DNA of 64,000 nt from Phoronis australis (GCA_002633005.1 NMRA01000230.1:125453-189452); one strand, 5' to 3'; shown: positions 48,101-60,256, counted from the first letter of the stretch. A program made the numbers and translations. The notes: generated by a model not told the origin, from the sequence alone.

Positions 48101-51100
48101 GCGGAGCTCTTTAAGAATCTTACATCGCTACCTTGCAGCGCCCTCATTTAACCGTGGCCTTTGAAAATGTAGTCTAAACGGAAGCCTTTCGCACCTTGGT
48201 TTAAAAAAACTTCACGATCCTCTTCGCGGAGGGGCTTTCAAATCACCTTGAAAGGAAAGACGCAAGATGCAGACTTCGAGAAGCACTAGTTGTTCTTTAT
48301 TTTTTATGTCACCTTGATGTCGGACCAGTGTTCAGTACTCCACTGGTCTACGTTGCTGTAAATGCGCAATAAGTATGCACAATTCGTGCTTCAGATTGTA
48401 GGCTACACTTGTCTTCATAGCATACTGCTTGTTCATTTATGTGCAGAATAATAGCAAAAAAACAAACAAAGAATGCATGTATTCTATACAGCATTTTAAA
48501 TGCGAAAGTAACACTTACAGATATACTGTAGAAATGTGTTCTCTGCTAACGTATTACCAGGATGGGTCCGTAGCTAAGATTTTCCCAACCTTCACGTTGA
48601 ATCAAGGTACTTGGTACTGCCTATGCAAAGAGCGATGTGTTCACCATTTCAATCTACAATTATGTTGAATACTGCGCTTCATACGCAAAAATGGCTAAAC
48701 GTGTGGACACAATACAACCAAGTTGTATGACGTCAATCACATGTGAATAAAAAAACAGCCAAACAAAATACTAACGGCTTTACGCTCAGGTTATATCAAT
48801 GGTCATCATTCGGGATTTTCAAGGAACCCAGGTCACGAAATAGACTTGAATAGTCAATGTCATTCTGATGTTGACCACTTTGCAACATACCGTCCTTGCT
48901 GGACAATGGCTCCGTTATCATTTTTCTAAATTTGAAATTTAATCAGTGGGCGTGGTTTCAGCTCCATGAAGCAGCTTCTTTGTCCTCAGCAGGTTTTACC
49001 TCAAACTCTTACGGTGTTTTTGATTTACGTTGATGGTGATTTCAAAGTATTCAAGATCAAGAGGCGAATGTGTCCTCTTGCTGCATTGTGTTTTTCTTTG
49101 ATAAGCCGAAACCCTAGCATTTAATTAACATGTTGTTACACTGTTTATTTGGTAATCAGACAAACTGTGATTCCCGGCTGCAAAAGTTGAAGTTTGGGGT
49201 GGTGATGTGATAACATCGTTTCTAAACTCTATTGGTCTTTTTACACCAACCTCTGACCTTTTTACATTGGCACGTTTCAGTTGGTAACTCAGGTGTTACA
49301 GCACGGATTATGGTACACACAGCCATCTACTACATAACACCAGATGGGGTTCGGCCGTCAGCAGCGCCAGAGCCATTATTGCTCTGTTCAGAGTTTCAGC
49401 ATATCCAAAGATTGTACTTATTGTACATTTAACTGATGACCATTTGTGGTTAGATCCGGGAATTTCATGATGACAAAATGTAGCAGTACCATTATTTCTA
49501 TTTTCAGTTGACTGTGGCTGCGCTACGCAGTGTGACGATGATGACTGTGAGTACTACTGTGTATTACATTGTATATTGAATTCTGTGACTGGGCATCATG
49601 TGGACCTAGTCCCTTTACATCCTCTGTGACTCAGTTTCCTTTTTACATGATAATGTGAATTAAAAAAAAAACCTTTTTCCATTTTCGGCGGCATCAATTG
49701 TTCGATTTTATGGATATTTTCAAAAAGTGGCTTCTTTCATTATCCACATCCAGAAAGATTTGGTTTCATGGTTCCGTAATAACTGTGATTTCCGAAAAAC
49801 ACCTTCTTCGGCTTTTCCACGGTCTCAATAATTTGGCATCATGGGCATTATTCATAGTTATTTTGCATCCGAATGACGGAGCTCATTAAGAATCTTGCAT
49901 GGCAAACTTGCAGCGCCCTCATTCAACCGTGGCCTTTGAAAATGTAATCTATAGTGAAGCCTTTCGCATCTTGGTTTTAAAAACCTTCACGATCCTTTTT
50001 GCAGAGGGGCTTTCAAAAACATTGCAGGAAAGATGCAAGGTGCAGGCTTCGAGAAGCACCAGTGCCATGACATTTTTCGGGACCCAACCTATAAAAGGGT
50101 GGAGCCCAAATAGCTGCAATTCCCACCTAGGCTGTAATTTTCAAAATGCCCGAAGTCGCCACAACTTCAGTTCGAGGGGCACAGTATCCCTATTACGTGC
50201 GAAAGCGAGCCCCTCTGCTGCAGCTTTTTTAGCTCAATAGATTGACCTGAGCCTCTCCCAGTCGCCACAATTTCCATACCCCTCGTTTAGATGGGGATCT
50301 CGTTTTACGTAGGGCCTCAAGATGTAGTTTATTTAGTATTCATGATCTGTTCAGCCTCTCCCCAAGCCCCAAGGTGGCGCTGATCGGTTTAGCCATATTA
50401 CATGCCAAGAATTGTACGGTAACTCGTGAATAACCTAAAAATCCAACTGCTGCCTGGTGGTTTGGTAACAGGTCCAATTATGTTGCACACCCAGCAGAAT
50501 TAATGAGGAACATGTCATAGCAACATTAAATGTTTTAGGTTTTAGGAGCGCCATTTCTTGTCCAATTTTAAAAATTCAAAACCCTGACCACGGGTGTTTT
50601 TCACGAACTATATAAATATGCTATTGAAAATTGTCACCCGAATGTGTTTAAAATGGGTCTGATTATCTGGCGAACGATAATATCCTCTGTAACGGATTTA
50701 TAGAGATTTGAACGTACCGTAGCCTACAAAGTTCGGTAACCCAACTTCCCGAAGGAGGTCGGTCGCGGTAATAAGTTTAGAGTTTGTTCGGTGATAAATT
50801 AGAAATATTCTTTTGTGAAATACGTGTACGCACAGGACAGTATACTCGTGCGTTGTATTGGACTTTCAATTTTTTCAGTTCTAGTCACAAAACGTTCGTT
50901 ATAACCCAGTGGCTCGCAACCCGATCAGGCCCGTCGCGGCCTGACTGGAGAGAAGTGAATACGAACATAAACCAGCCGGGTAAGTCGGCAGCTAAAGTTG
51001 GGGACTACACTTCCAGACACGAAAAGAATGGAATAGTGAAGCAAAGAAATAATGTGCACGTGAATATTTTGGTGAGTTTGCCGCGAAATTGCAAATCTAC

Positions 51101-54100
51101 TTACTCGTCGGGGGCCGCGAAGCCAGGTTCTTCTGTCACCGCACAGGGAAAAGGTGCATAATAACAATGATTTAAATGATGTACATATATCAAAATAAAG
51201 ATTCCTCTGACATCTGACCATACCATATAACATCGAGCTATAGCTTCAAAGCAGCTTTTTCTCAGCAAACACTGAACATAGGCGGATTTTTGGGGGGCAT
51301 GGGGCTCGCTCCCCCCCCCCCCGGCTGCAGCAAGCAAAATGAAACAGCAACAGAATGAAGCGTGACGAAATATTGAGTTCAGAGTAACTAGGACCGGTAG
51401 AGGAGAAGGGGGACGGAATTGCGTTCGTGTTTAAAGTCCAGCGATATAGATTTTCCTAACAGAAGGTTCACATTCTCGGTCCCCGCACCGCAACCTTCGG
51501 GCCGCCTGTGCACATACAGTCGCGCTTTGCCCAATTTCCCGAGACAACATGTTGCCCCCCCGTATGGGATCCTAGATCCGCCACTGCTGAATAAGCATGC
51601 GCTCACATGTCGGTCAATTAGTTTAATTGTATCTGAAGCCGGTGATGCAGTAGGATTCATTTATTGTTGATTTCTCGAAACATTTGCACTCACGAACAGT
51701 TTTAAGGCATTACAATTTTGTATCTATTGAAACAGAATTGAATACTTTGTTTCAGTTTAATATAAATATTGATTAGGGTGAGATTAATTCATTTTTGAAA
51801 TAGAACAATGCCGGCCAAAAACACGAAGATATTTCACGGTTCTTAACTGCTGGCAACCACTATCGAAAAATTTCGGATTATCGAGGAAATCGAAAAAACG
51901 ATGTACCCACTTCCCTCGCATCTTCATGGTTCACACAAGCGGGAAGGATACGCCACATCATAGCGGCGCACACTCGGCTTGAGAACCACTGACGTCGCTG
52001 CGTCGTATACTCACTTTCCTCACAGGTTAACGCGGCACCTTTCGGTGAGGTGAGATCGACTGTAGGTCTATACGAGGTGATATTGACCGATTAAGACGGT
52101 AACAAAAACTAATTAAATTGGATGGCATTCTCCTTTAACTACAACAGCATGGTCCCTTTGATCTAAACCAGCATTTTTTGTGGTGCACAAACCGGTCGAG
52201 CTCCCCAATGTGTCAATGTAGGACCCTTTGCATAAGCGCCACCTTGCGGCTTGAGGACGAGGCTGGGTAAGTACTAGATTGAACTCTTTTCGTTTATGCT
52301 TTTGTGTTGGAATTACGTGTTGTATTTCTACTTCTTCCGATCACTGACTCATTGTGTTCGTTCATTGCAGTTACTTACTCCAAACAAAAGATGGGGCTGG
52401 TGTCCATTATAAACATCATGGACTTTGGTAACCATGCTGAGTACAGATCAGGTGAGGCCAAAGAAAAATCTTGTCTGTTTTTTAAATGCAGTGATACGGT
52501 ACAATTGTTATTTATCCATATTTTAAACAGAAAGCGTCATCCAATGCCAGCTGAACTTAGACGGGATCATTTTTTCTCGGTATCACTCGATGATAGACTA
52601 GTTTCTAGCAGAGACCAGGCGGATCTGTTCTAATTCTGGCTCATAACTGGTCATAAATGACGCCTTGTAAAGGGGAAACGAAGAATGGGCCTCCCTACAA
52701 GGAAATCAGTTGGTCTTTATTACAAAATAATTGTTCTTTACTTTTAATGTCACTTTGATGTCGGCCCAGTGTTCAGTACTCCACTGGTCTACTTTGTTGT
52801 AATACATACAATGTATGCAAAAGTTCAGCTTCAGATTGTAGGCTACACTTGTCTTCGTAGAATACCGCTTGTTACTTAGAATAGTTCATTTAAATACAGA
52901 ATAATGGCAATGCAACAAAGAAGAGTGCACGTATTCTCTACAGCATTTTAAATGTAAAGTAACTCTTACAGATTTACTGTAGAAAGGTGTTCTCTGCTCA
53001 CGTATTAGCAGGATGGGTCCTTAGATAAGATGAATCAGGGCGCTTGGTGCTGGCTATGCAAAGAGCGACGTGTTCACCATTTCAATCTACAATTAAGTTG
53101 AATACTGCGTCTCATACGCACAAACGTGGCGCAAGCGGTGATTGAACTAGGGGCTTTTTTGTCGGTCAAGTGCTGTGTAGATCCGTAGCCTTCATGTACA
53201 CAGCTCAACCAATAATCTCCCAAAATGTTGACACGATATGTAGACGACACATTCGCTATATAATGCCACGTACCAGATAATCTCGAAATAGTCTTGCACC
53301 TTTTTGAACAGCATAACGTCTACATCATGATTCAATATGGAAGTGGAAGCCACGCACGCAACGGCAGTATTTCATTTCTTGATATGTTTCTGATTAAAAT
53401 GGAAAGTAATTAACGACATCATACTGGACGTTACCTTAACTACCTGTGCAACTCAAATCTCCCCAAAGAGAAGAGAAAGCAGATGTAAACATTACAAAAA
53501 CTATGCGCTCCTCATACGTACCTGGCGTGCGTTCAGTAACGCTAGGACCTACGCTAGGACCTAGCTAAAATCTAGACAAAGTCACGTGTTCTCACTTAAA
53601 ATACACAGCAAAATCTCACGTAATCTCGCGAAATCTTCCTTTTCAGCGAAGTCCTAGCGTTACTGAATGGGAGGCTGGAATCTCTGAAAAGCTAGGACGC
53701 ATATGCAAGGGATTCAAAATAAGAACCGCTCAATGTATATCGCCACGAAAAAAGTAATCATCATCGACAATCATGAGTGATACATACGTGCTGTAACACC
53801 TGAAGATGGCCGGAAAAGTGAGCCACCGAAACGTGCCAATGTACATACATGTAGGCTAGAGGTTGGTGTAAAAAGGCCAACAGGCATTTTTATTGATACG
53901 AAGAGAAGCCCTTTATAATCCAGGCATATAGAATTGAAAGAATAATGCCACCAATGTGTACGCTAGTGTGTGCAGATTCTGAAGAGCTTCCAAATGCGGT
54001 GATGTTTCGCAAATCTATTGGTTTTCTTATACCAACTTCTAACCTATTTTTATCGGCACGAGGTTTCGGCAGGTCCCTTCTTGGCCATCTTTAGGTGTAC

Positions 54101-55270
54101 ATCGTTCTCAGAAGAACTAGAACGGGTGTATGGTGCATTCATTGTGGCCAGTGATGAGCACTATATTTCCCTTTTTCTTAGCGCAAGCAGGGATTAAAAT
54201 AGGAACCTTCAGATTGTCAGCCCAGTAGGCCCTCTCTAAGCACTACACCACCCTTTACTCTCAACACTTAATCACAGAGTCATCCATTAACTTTGCTACA
54301 CTAATATTTTCTTCAGGAAATGTAGGCAGCTACCACTTGGCTGCGTGCTGCATGCGCGCACCCACCTTGGAATATAAGGGGCTAGAATTTTTGACAATGT
54401 GGACCTTTCACTAACAAAAAGAACGAAGGTCTAAAAAACAAAAAAACGGTATATCACGTTCAGAGCTATGGATTGTGCATTCGCGCCTTTTTAATGGACT
54501 TTTGTCTCGTTTTCTCAGACTTTTTATTTCTCTAAGGCAGACCTTTTTGCCCATTTCGCCAAATGGGGGAAGGAGGAGGGGGGCGTTCAAGACCCCGAGC
54601 CCCCCCCCCCGGGTGTGCTGGGCTGACTGAAGACATTGCCGTGTAGCTTTATGTGCATGGCTCCCTTGATCCTTCTTTTGGTCCGCCCTGTTTGGATGTC
54701 AAGTATCAGGATGTTATCCCTCTTGATGTTCAGTTGCTTTGTCCATATGCACCGTGCTACTTCCGATGAGCCTTCCCTGTGGTACTTCTTGTGTTCAGGA
54801 ATCCTGATTTTCAGTGGCTTTGACGTTTTTCCGAGGTAACAATTACCACCTTCACACGGGATTTGATAGACAGGGTTCTTCTTTCCATTCGTCTGCATTT
54901 GGTTTGACATTGGTCGGGCGTACACATTGGTGGGATTATTCTTTCAATTCTATATGCCTGGATTATAAAGGGCTTCTCTTTGTATCAATAAAAATGCCAG
55001 ATGGCTTTTATTGCAGGGTCAGAAAAAGACATGGAGAACGTAGAGGCACTTTTTAATAGTGGACGTGGCTTCAGAGGTTGTTACTCAGTTTTAACATCTA
55101 TAAACTGTACACTGGACCAGCTGAAAGCCGAATTGACACTGTGCCAAGAAAAACTACGCACAGGCGTATTTGACCAGTTCATTTGCTTTATTTTCTCCCA
55201 CGGCGATGAGGTAGGCTTGTCCAATATCTAGACGATTAGCTACATTTCAGCTGTGGAAAAATTTGTTTCG

Positions 55271-55301
<31 letters not shown>

Positions 55302-58300
55302 TACTACGGCATTGTTTAGCATTCCTACTAGCACACACATTTACAACATGTAGTTTACTGTGCTCACTGATTGTTTCAGATGGAAAATTCGCCACCGCTA
55401 ACTTTATTTATTCTGGGATGACATTTTAGTGTAGTGATGACTTTTATTTGAACGTAGCTCGTTTACGCTTCCATAGTGTACCTTCTTTCTCTGTTCGACA
55501 TGCCATAGAGATGTTCAAATGCCGATGCAACTCATTTCCCAACAACAATCCATACTAGTATCTATATTGGACAAACGTGCTTGCAATAAATATTCTGAGC
55601 TAACACTATGATTGTGTAAAATAATTCTTGCACCGACATTACGTTACATGTGTTGACTGCCTGGAAGCCCATCTAAGTTTTCTCGCAAAATAAATGAACT
55701 CCTATTTTATTAATTTAAGATGACTCTCAACCACAGATTGTCTGTGGATTTGTACCGTTTTTCAATTGATGTCAACTCTATTGCAAATTGTAGTCCCGCC
55801 TTAACTGTCAATAATCTTGTGTGTGATAAGTATTTTTTGTCATGTTGCAGCAAGGTATCCTGACCAGTGATGGTCAGCGTATCATGCCCGAGGAAATAAT
55901 CAACAGTTTCAAGGGTGACGTCATATCACAAATGGCTGGTGAGCTATAACGACAGCAGTTTTCAAAATAATTGTATTTTACTGTCTATGGAACACGTGAC
56001 GTGAATGAATGACCTATTGCAAGCTCCGCTCTCGTAGAAATTTCGACCAAATAAACAATAAATTCTTCCGAAATTGTGCTGATGCATATTGTGTTTTCAT
56101 CCCAGGCATTTTAATGAGCTGTAAACGTTTAGCGCCGGGGAAAGTCCATGTCTACTCCTTTAAAGTGCGTTTTTTCTCTTTGTCCCGAAGTGCCGTCTCT
56201 TGTTTCCAGGACACCCCAAAGTTTTCATCTTCCAGGCGTGCAGGGGTGAGAAAGCCCAATCGGGTCAGCGAGTAGATCAGGCTGGCGACTCTAAATTACA
56301 AAAGAATCTGTTCATTGAGCGGGACGTCGTGAGCCACGTTGTGCCTGTAGACGCTGACATTGTGGCAGCATTCTCCACGACTAAAGGTATAAGTTAAAGC
56401 GACTGGTTGTGATTTGATGCCGACACTTCCAATAGAATAGCCTCTTCTAAGCACCAGGGGCGCCCCCTCTGATTCTGGACTTTTTACTGCCAATGCCCCC
56501 TGCTTCTGTAGTGATCACATGACATTTGGTTCGCAATTAGTTATTTTGATACCAAAAAATCCCAATTTTTGTAAGGAGTTACAAAGCCAACGTAAAAATG
56601 ATAATCGATATATCTTCTTTTCCATTCTGACGTGTGCTGGCGGTTCTACTTTTCGAAGCCTAGGGCAGTATTTTAACTGCGGGAAGTGGAGGAGTCTATT
56701 CAAACTGCAATTCATGGCTCCAGCTTAAACAGATACGGTAGGGATAGCAAATTCCAAAATTTACAGCCATATTTTGTAGAGCAAACGCTGGTCCCGGCGC
56801 GATATCTAGTGGACATTCTCATAGTGAACAAGACTTCGGGTCACTATCGGCTCTCAGTCATTCCTTTAACTTTTTTTCTGTGAGGACGCTTCATACATCT
56901 TGTATATATTTTCATTATGCCGACATTGTACTCCTACAGAAGCCCAATAGTGCCATTTTGAAGTGAAGAAAAGTATTTTATTGTGTGGCTGCCGCCACTT
57001 AATCATCGTTATAGTGAATAGATGGATCGACTTCCGTAGTGTCGCTTTCGTACGGAAGCGATCGACTTCCGTAGTGTCGCTTTCGTACGGAAGCGACAAT
57101 ACAGCAGCCAGATAATAAAATATTTTTCTTCGCTTCAAAATGGCCCAACCAGGCTTCCGTATATTTCTCTATTTTTTCAAAAGAGCTGTTTAATTTGGAA
57201 AGTGGGTATCGAACCGAACTTGAAAAGAACTGAATGTCATTGTGTGAATCACAAAGTTTTCAGTGGTGCCTTATTCTCGCCGCTCCCCACAACTTAGCCC
57301 TCAACTGCTCACTGCGTGCAATTCAAATCAATAAGAACAGAAAGCTGCGGGGTTAGAGTCATCTGTTTCACACCCCTCCCCCGCATCACCCCTCATTGAT
57401 CCAAGCCGCACTTATTTACATGTATATACGGAATTTCCTAAATGTAGCATAGCATGGAAATAGCGTTTTCAGACCTTGTTACACCAAGACTAGGCTAGGC
57501 GAGATGCTTTACCCGGTGCATCAAAGAAATTCTGGGGACAACAAGGTGCCCCGCAGCCAATCAGCAGGTCACGCCTATTAATAAAGTTATGTTCGAACTA
57601 ATTGAGCGTTTTAATTTTTATTAGAAATTGGTGCTCTTGCAATTATTTCCACCAGATTAGGTTTATTGCGTTGGAAACGGAAAAGGGATGGTAATGTGCT
57701 GTGCTGTCTGCAGTTGATCTTGGTTAGTGGGGTGTAATTTGTGAACGGAACTTATAAGTCATGAGGACCATGGGCCTACGATTTCAATTTCCAATGGTTT
57801 TCCAGTAACAAGCAATGGCAGATGGTGGCAGACTATGGTATATTTTGCTTTGAGCATTTTCTAAAACAATGCAAGCTTCATAAAATGAATTCGTTTTCGC
57901 AGTCAGCTTTTTTTTACATTAACGATTGAAATCATCACGGCACTTAGATTTGATAAACCACGTAAAAGATAAATTTCCATTTTTGCGCGCCATCGGTACA
58001 CCTATGTCACTTTTTAATTTTACTTCTGTTTGTATGTGTGTCTGTCGAGCGTTGTATTTGTCTGTTAGTTCTGTTTTGTGTTATATTGTATTGTGTTTTG
58101 TTTTTATGATTAATCAATGTCAAATCAACCAATCAATCAATTCCATGCATCGGTTCTTACATGTATTTCTAATTTTAGTCCCCCTATTTCCAAAAACATA
58201 ATTATGCCTGGACTTACTTTTAGGGTACTGAAAACAGTAAAATTTGTCATTTTCCGAAAGAGCAGCCTGGCGCTCAGTGTCAGAACTCCTGGCAAAAGTT

Positions 58301-58580
58301 TTAGAGAGAATTAATTCTAACTCATGTCCATGTCCACGTTTTTGACTTTTCAGGCTTTGTTTCCCTTCGAGACGTATTTGATGGATCCTTGTACATCCAA
58401 AATATCTGTGAGGTGTTCCGTGGATACAAACAAGACCATCTCCTGGACTTGCTGACCAGGGTCCATCAACGGGTCTCCAAAAAGAACGGGACGCTTGAAA
58501 CTGGTGAATTCATAAAACAGATGCCAAGTTTTGAATCGACCTTTACGAACAAGATGTACTTGCACCAAAGCCAGCAGTAG
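45137..58580 (+). CDS. Caspase with a single DED-like prodomain (copy 2); exons 45137-45240, 47210-47388, 47728-47766 and/or 49508-49546, 52371-52451, 55017-55210, 55851-55938, 56210-56386, 58354-58580
   Basis: Paralog of copy 1 with identical catalytic-domain exon sizes (81, 194, 88, 177, 227). Motifs RSGSEKD, FIFSHG, HPKVFIFQACRG, GFVSLRD, KQMPSFESTFTNKMYL. No stops; all introns GT-AG. Confidence 0.9.
45869..46068. repeat. Near-perfect tandem duplication, 2 x 99 bp
   Basis: AAGCGAAACAAGTTATGGGC...GGGATACCGTG twice, about one mismatch. Confidence 0.92.
47520..50060 (+). repeat. Intragenic duplication containing the 39-nt micro-exon (block A ~47520-48290, A' ~49320-50060)
   Basis: Long homologous stretches including the identical acceptor region GGAATTTCATGATGACAAAATGTAGCAGTACCATTATTTCTATTTTCAG. 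Block B ~48290-48690 recurs at ~52733-53120. Confidence 0.9.
50690..52134 (+). mobile_element. 5'-truncated copy of the TTAA-flanked (Kolobok-like) element at 60257-61936
   Basis: Collinear homology with ~60560-61936; ends GGCATTCTCCT|TTAA. Confidence 0.75.
51277..51586. mobile_element. MITE with family-B-type termini and perfect 5-bp TSD CTGAA, nested in the Kolobok-like copy
   Basis: Ends CATAGGCGGAT / ATCCGCCACTG; the homologous empty site is at ~61134-61150. Confidence 0.85.
53525..53674. mobile_element. PIF/Harbinger-like MITE (150 bp) with CTG TSD, inserted in the Penelope remnant
   Basis: TTCAGTAACGCTAGGAC / GTCCTAGCGTTACTGAA inverted arms; removal restores the Penelope reading frame. 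Confidence 0.8.
53796..53840 (+). ncRNA. Degenerate minimal type-I hammerhead-ribozyme-like motif (Penelope terminus); inverted partner at 54056-54098
   Basis: CAC-CTGAAGA-TGGC...GCCA-CCGAAAC; the minus copy reads CAC-CTAAAGA-TGGC...GCC-GAAAC-CTC-GTG. Confidence 0.4.
53855..54046. mobile_element. MITE-like element between the two hammerhead-like motifs
   Basis: TAGAGGTTGGTGTAAAAAGGCCAA versus TTGGTTTTCTTATACCAACTTCTA inverted ends. Confidence 0.5.
54620..54925 (-). mobile_element. Penelope-like GIY-YIG endonuclease remnant
   Basis: ORF 54587-54925: NPVYQIPC..CYLGKT...LKIRIPEHK...RRIKGAMHIK. Confidence 0.8.
55261..55300. repeat. (GTTTT)n microsatellite
   Basis: Visible directly. Confidence 0.9.
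56934..57162. mobile_element. Palindromic MITE-like element with a duplicated internal 36-bp hairpin
   Basis: Arms GCCATTTTGAAGTGAAGAAAA.TATTTTATT...TGGCTGC / GCAGCCA..TAATAAAATATTTTTCTTCGCTTCAAAATGGC; the centre has 2 x GATCGACTTCCGTAGTGTCGCTTTCGTACGGAAGC. Confidence 0.75.
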
Positions 58581-59520
58581 CCGCTGTTGCACTTTAGTCA
58601 TCATTTTTTGGGGTACCTTTATGTACGTAGGCCCGATGTTTTTGATACTTTAATGTCTTGCTGGCCAACTTTTCGGAATTTTTGTTATTAGTTCCAATAT
58701 TCGTTCGCTATAAAATTTCGGCAGTGCATTACGCATATCCAGTCGTTTAGCCGTTTAGCCACATACATGTGTAAAAGTATATAGCTACTGGTGTCGGTTT
58801 GCACGTCTGGTACGTCCACCAGCTGCCTTCAGGACATCCTGAGCCGTTTGACAAAATAATTTTGAATATTGAACTGCACAGCTGGTTTTAAATGGTCACT
58901 AAATATTATTCCTAATATATTATTGAAAAGAACGGCCAGTCCTTAGTCACGTTGGTGCTCATGAGTGCCTCCAGCGACATTGGGCATGCGCATCCCAGAG
59001 AGCAGATTTGTTGGATACGAGTCATTCAATCCTGAGAGTGACTCAGGCCACAGGCGATCGTCTCCTCGGTATACTTGTACCTGTCTATGGGAACAAGTCA
59101 CCTTTTTGCTTGCATCAATGACGAACTGGACTTCTGGCTGCTTGGAATATTGCTAAAATGAAGTGGTAGGTACATATCGCATATCTTGGTCAACTAGCGA
59201 TGCTGCCTGTGGATGACTCTGAGCCATGATCCTTTCTGTATACATGACGTATCCCACTGCCCGTATAAAGGTCATCTGCAGACGTGGAACCGAAATGATT
59301 GAAAACACATCAGCGCTGCCTATTGGTGAGACACTCGAGCCCTCCTTGTATGCAAAGATCTAATTCCATTAAACAAGAATGGAGGAAATTATATACCAAA
59401 ATGCATTTTAATTAATAAGGAAGACCTATGAAAAGACGACTACATTTCGAGACTGGTCCACGTCTGACCTCGGGTAGAAATAAAATGAAGCAAGACCAGC
59501 GAATACAGTAACAGGCTAGC

Positions 59521-59564
59521 CTTGCCTGAAGATGAAACTTGACTAATTTCGAAATACATCCAAT
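59521..59564 (+). ncRNA. Minimal type-I hammerhead-ribozyme-like motif
   Basis: TTG(C)-CTGAAGA-T-GAAA[loop]TTTC-GAAA-TACA-TC-CAA; a decayed inverted partner lies at ~59434-59476. Confidence 0.4.
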
Positions 59565-60256
59565 CTTAGTAATGTGCTGCATACATGCTTGTCGACTGGA
59601 AGGTCAATTCTAAGGACGGTGTGTTCAGCAAGTAAACAGAGAGCCGTGTCGTGTTTTTAATCGGGTTTGTGTACAAGAAGGTTTACTGTCAATATCTTTT
59701 TTACAAGTATTTATTATCATTTATCAACAAGTACAAAAACAAACGAACAAGTAAGTACATCCATTCATTCACGCATGCACACCTCAGGAGAGAGCATTTT
59801 CGTATCTCGTATAAAGTAAACGACTTCTACATGACGTTAATTTGAACAATGAAATTTTCCTATTTAACAGAGAAGCTGTCATATACTGTCAATATCTTAA
59901 TATCTATGTAGCCTAAAGGGAGAACAAGAAGTGCCCCCCATGCTTGCCATTTGGNCAGCACTGAAATCTGAAGGGAGTTATAAGTTGCGCCTCCCATGGT
60001 CATGATCCTGAATCAGCTGAGTCATGTTTTGATGTCACGGAACATTCCAGTCAACAGAATATAACCGATTACTTTGTTGATTCCTCTGTAGTGAGTTTGT
60101 ACTGGCTAGGCAATTGTAATCGATGTGTATTTCAGACTCCTTCTTTAGCTAAGTAGTCGTGTGATGGGTGTTAATAAACGTTTTTAGCTCATCTGTTGTG
60201 TTCTGGTTTTCCATTTAACACTCAACAACGTGCAAGCGCAGTACTGATGTGCTTAA

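Larger units (their letters stand above)
53090..53840 (+). mobile_element. Decayed Penelope-like retroelement (RT/linker remnant)
   Basis: Translated fragments RYVDDTF, FNMEVE, ISFLDM, HTGRYLNY and, after removing the MITE, YVPGISEKLGRICKGFKIRTA. Confidence 0.75.

Noticed and set aside
45137-58580. Caspase copy 2 as an uncollapsed haplotype of copy 1
   Set aside because: Prodomains and most intron sequence are far too divergent and carry different insertions.
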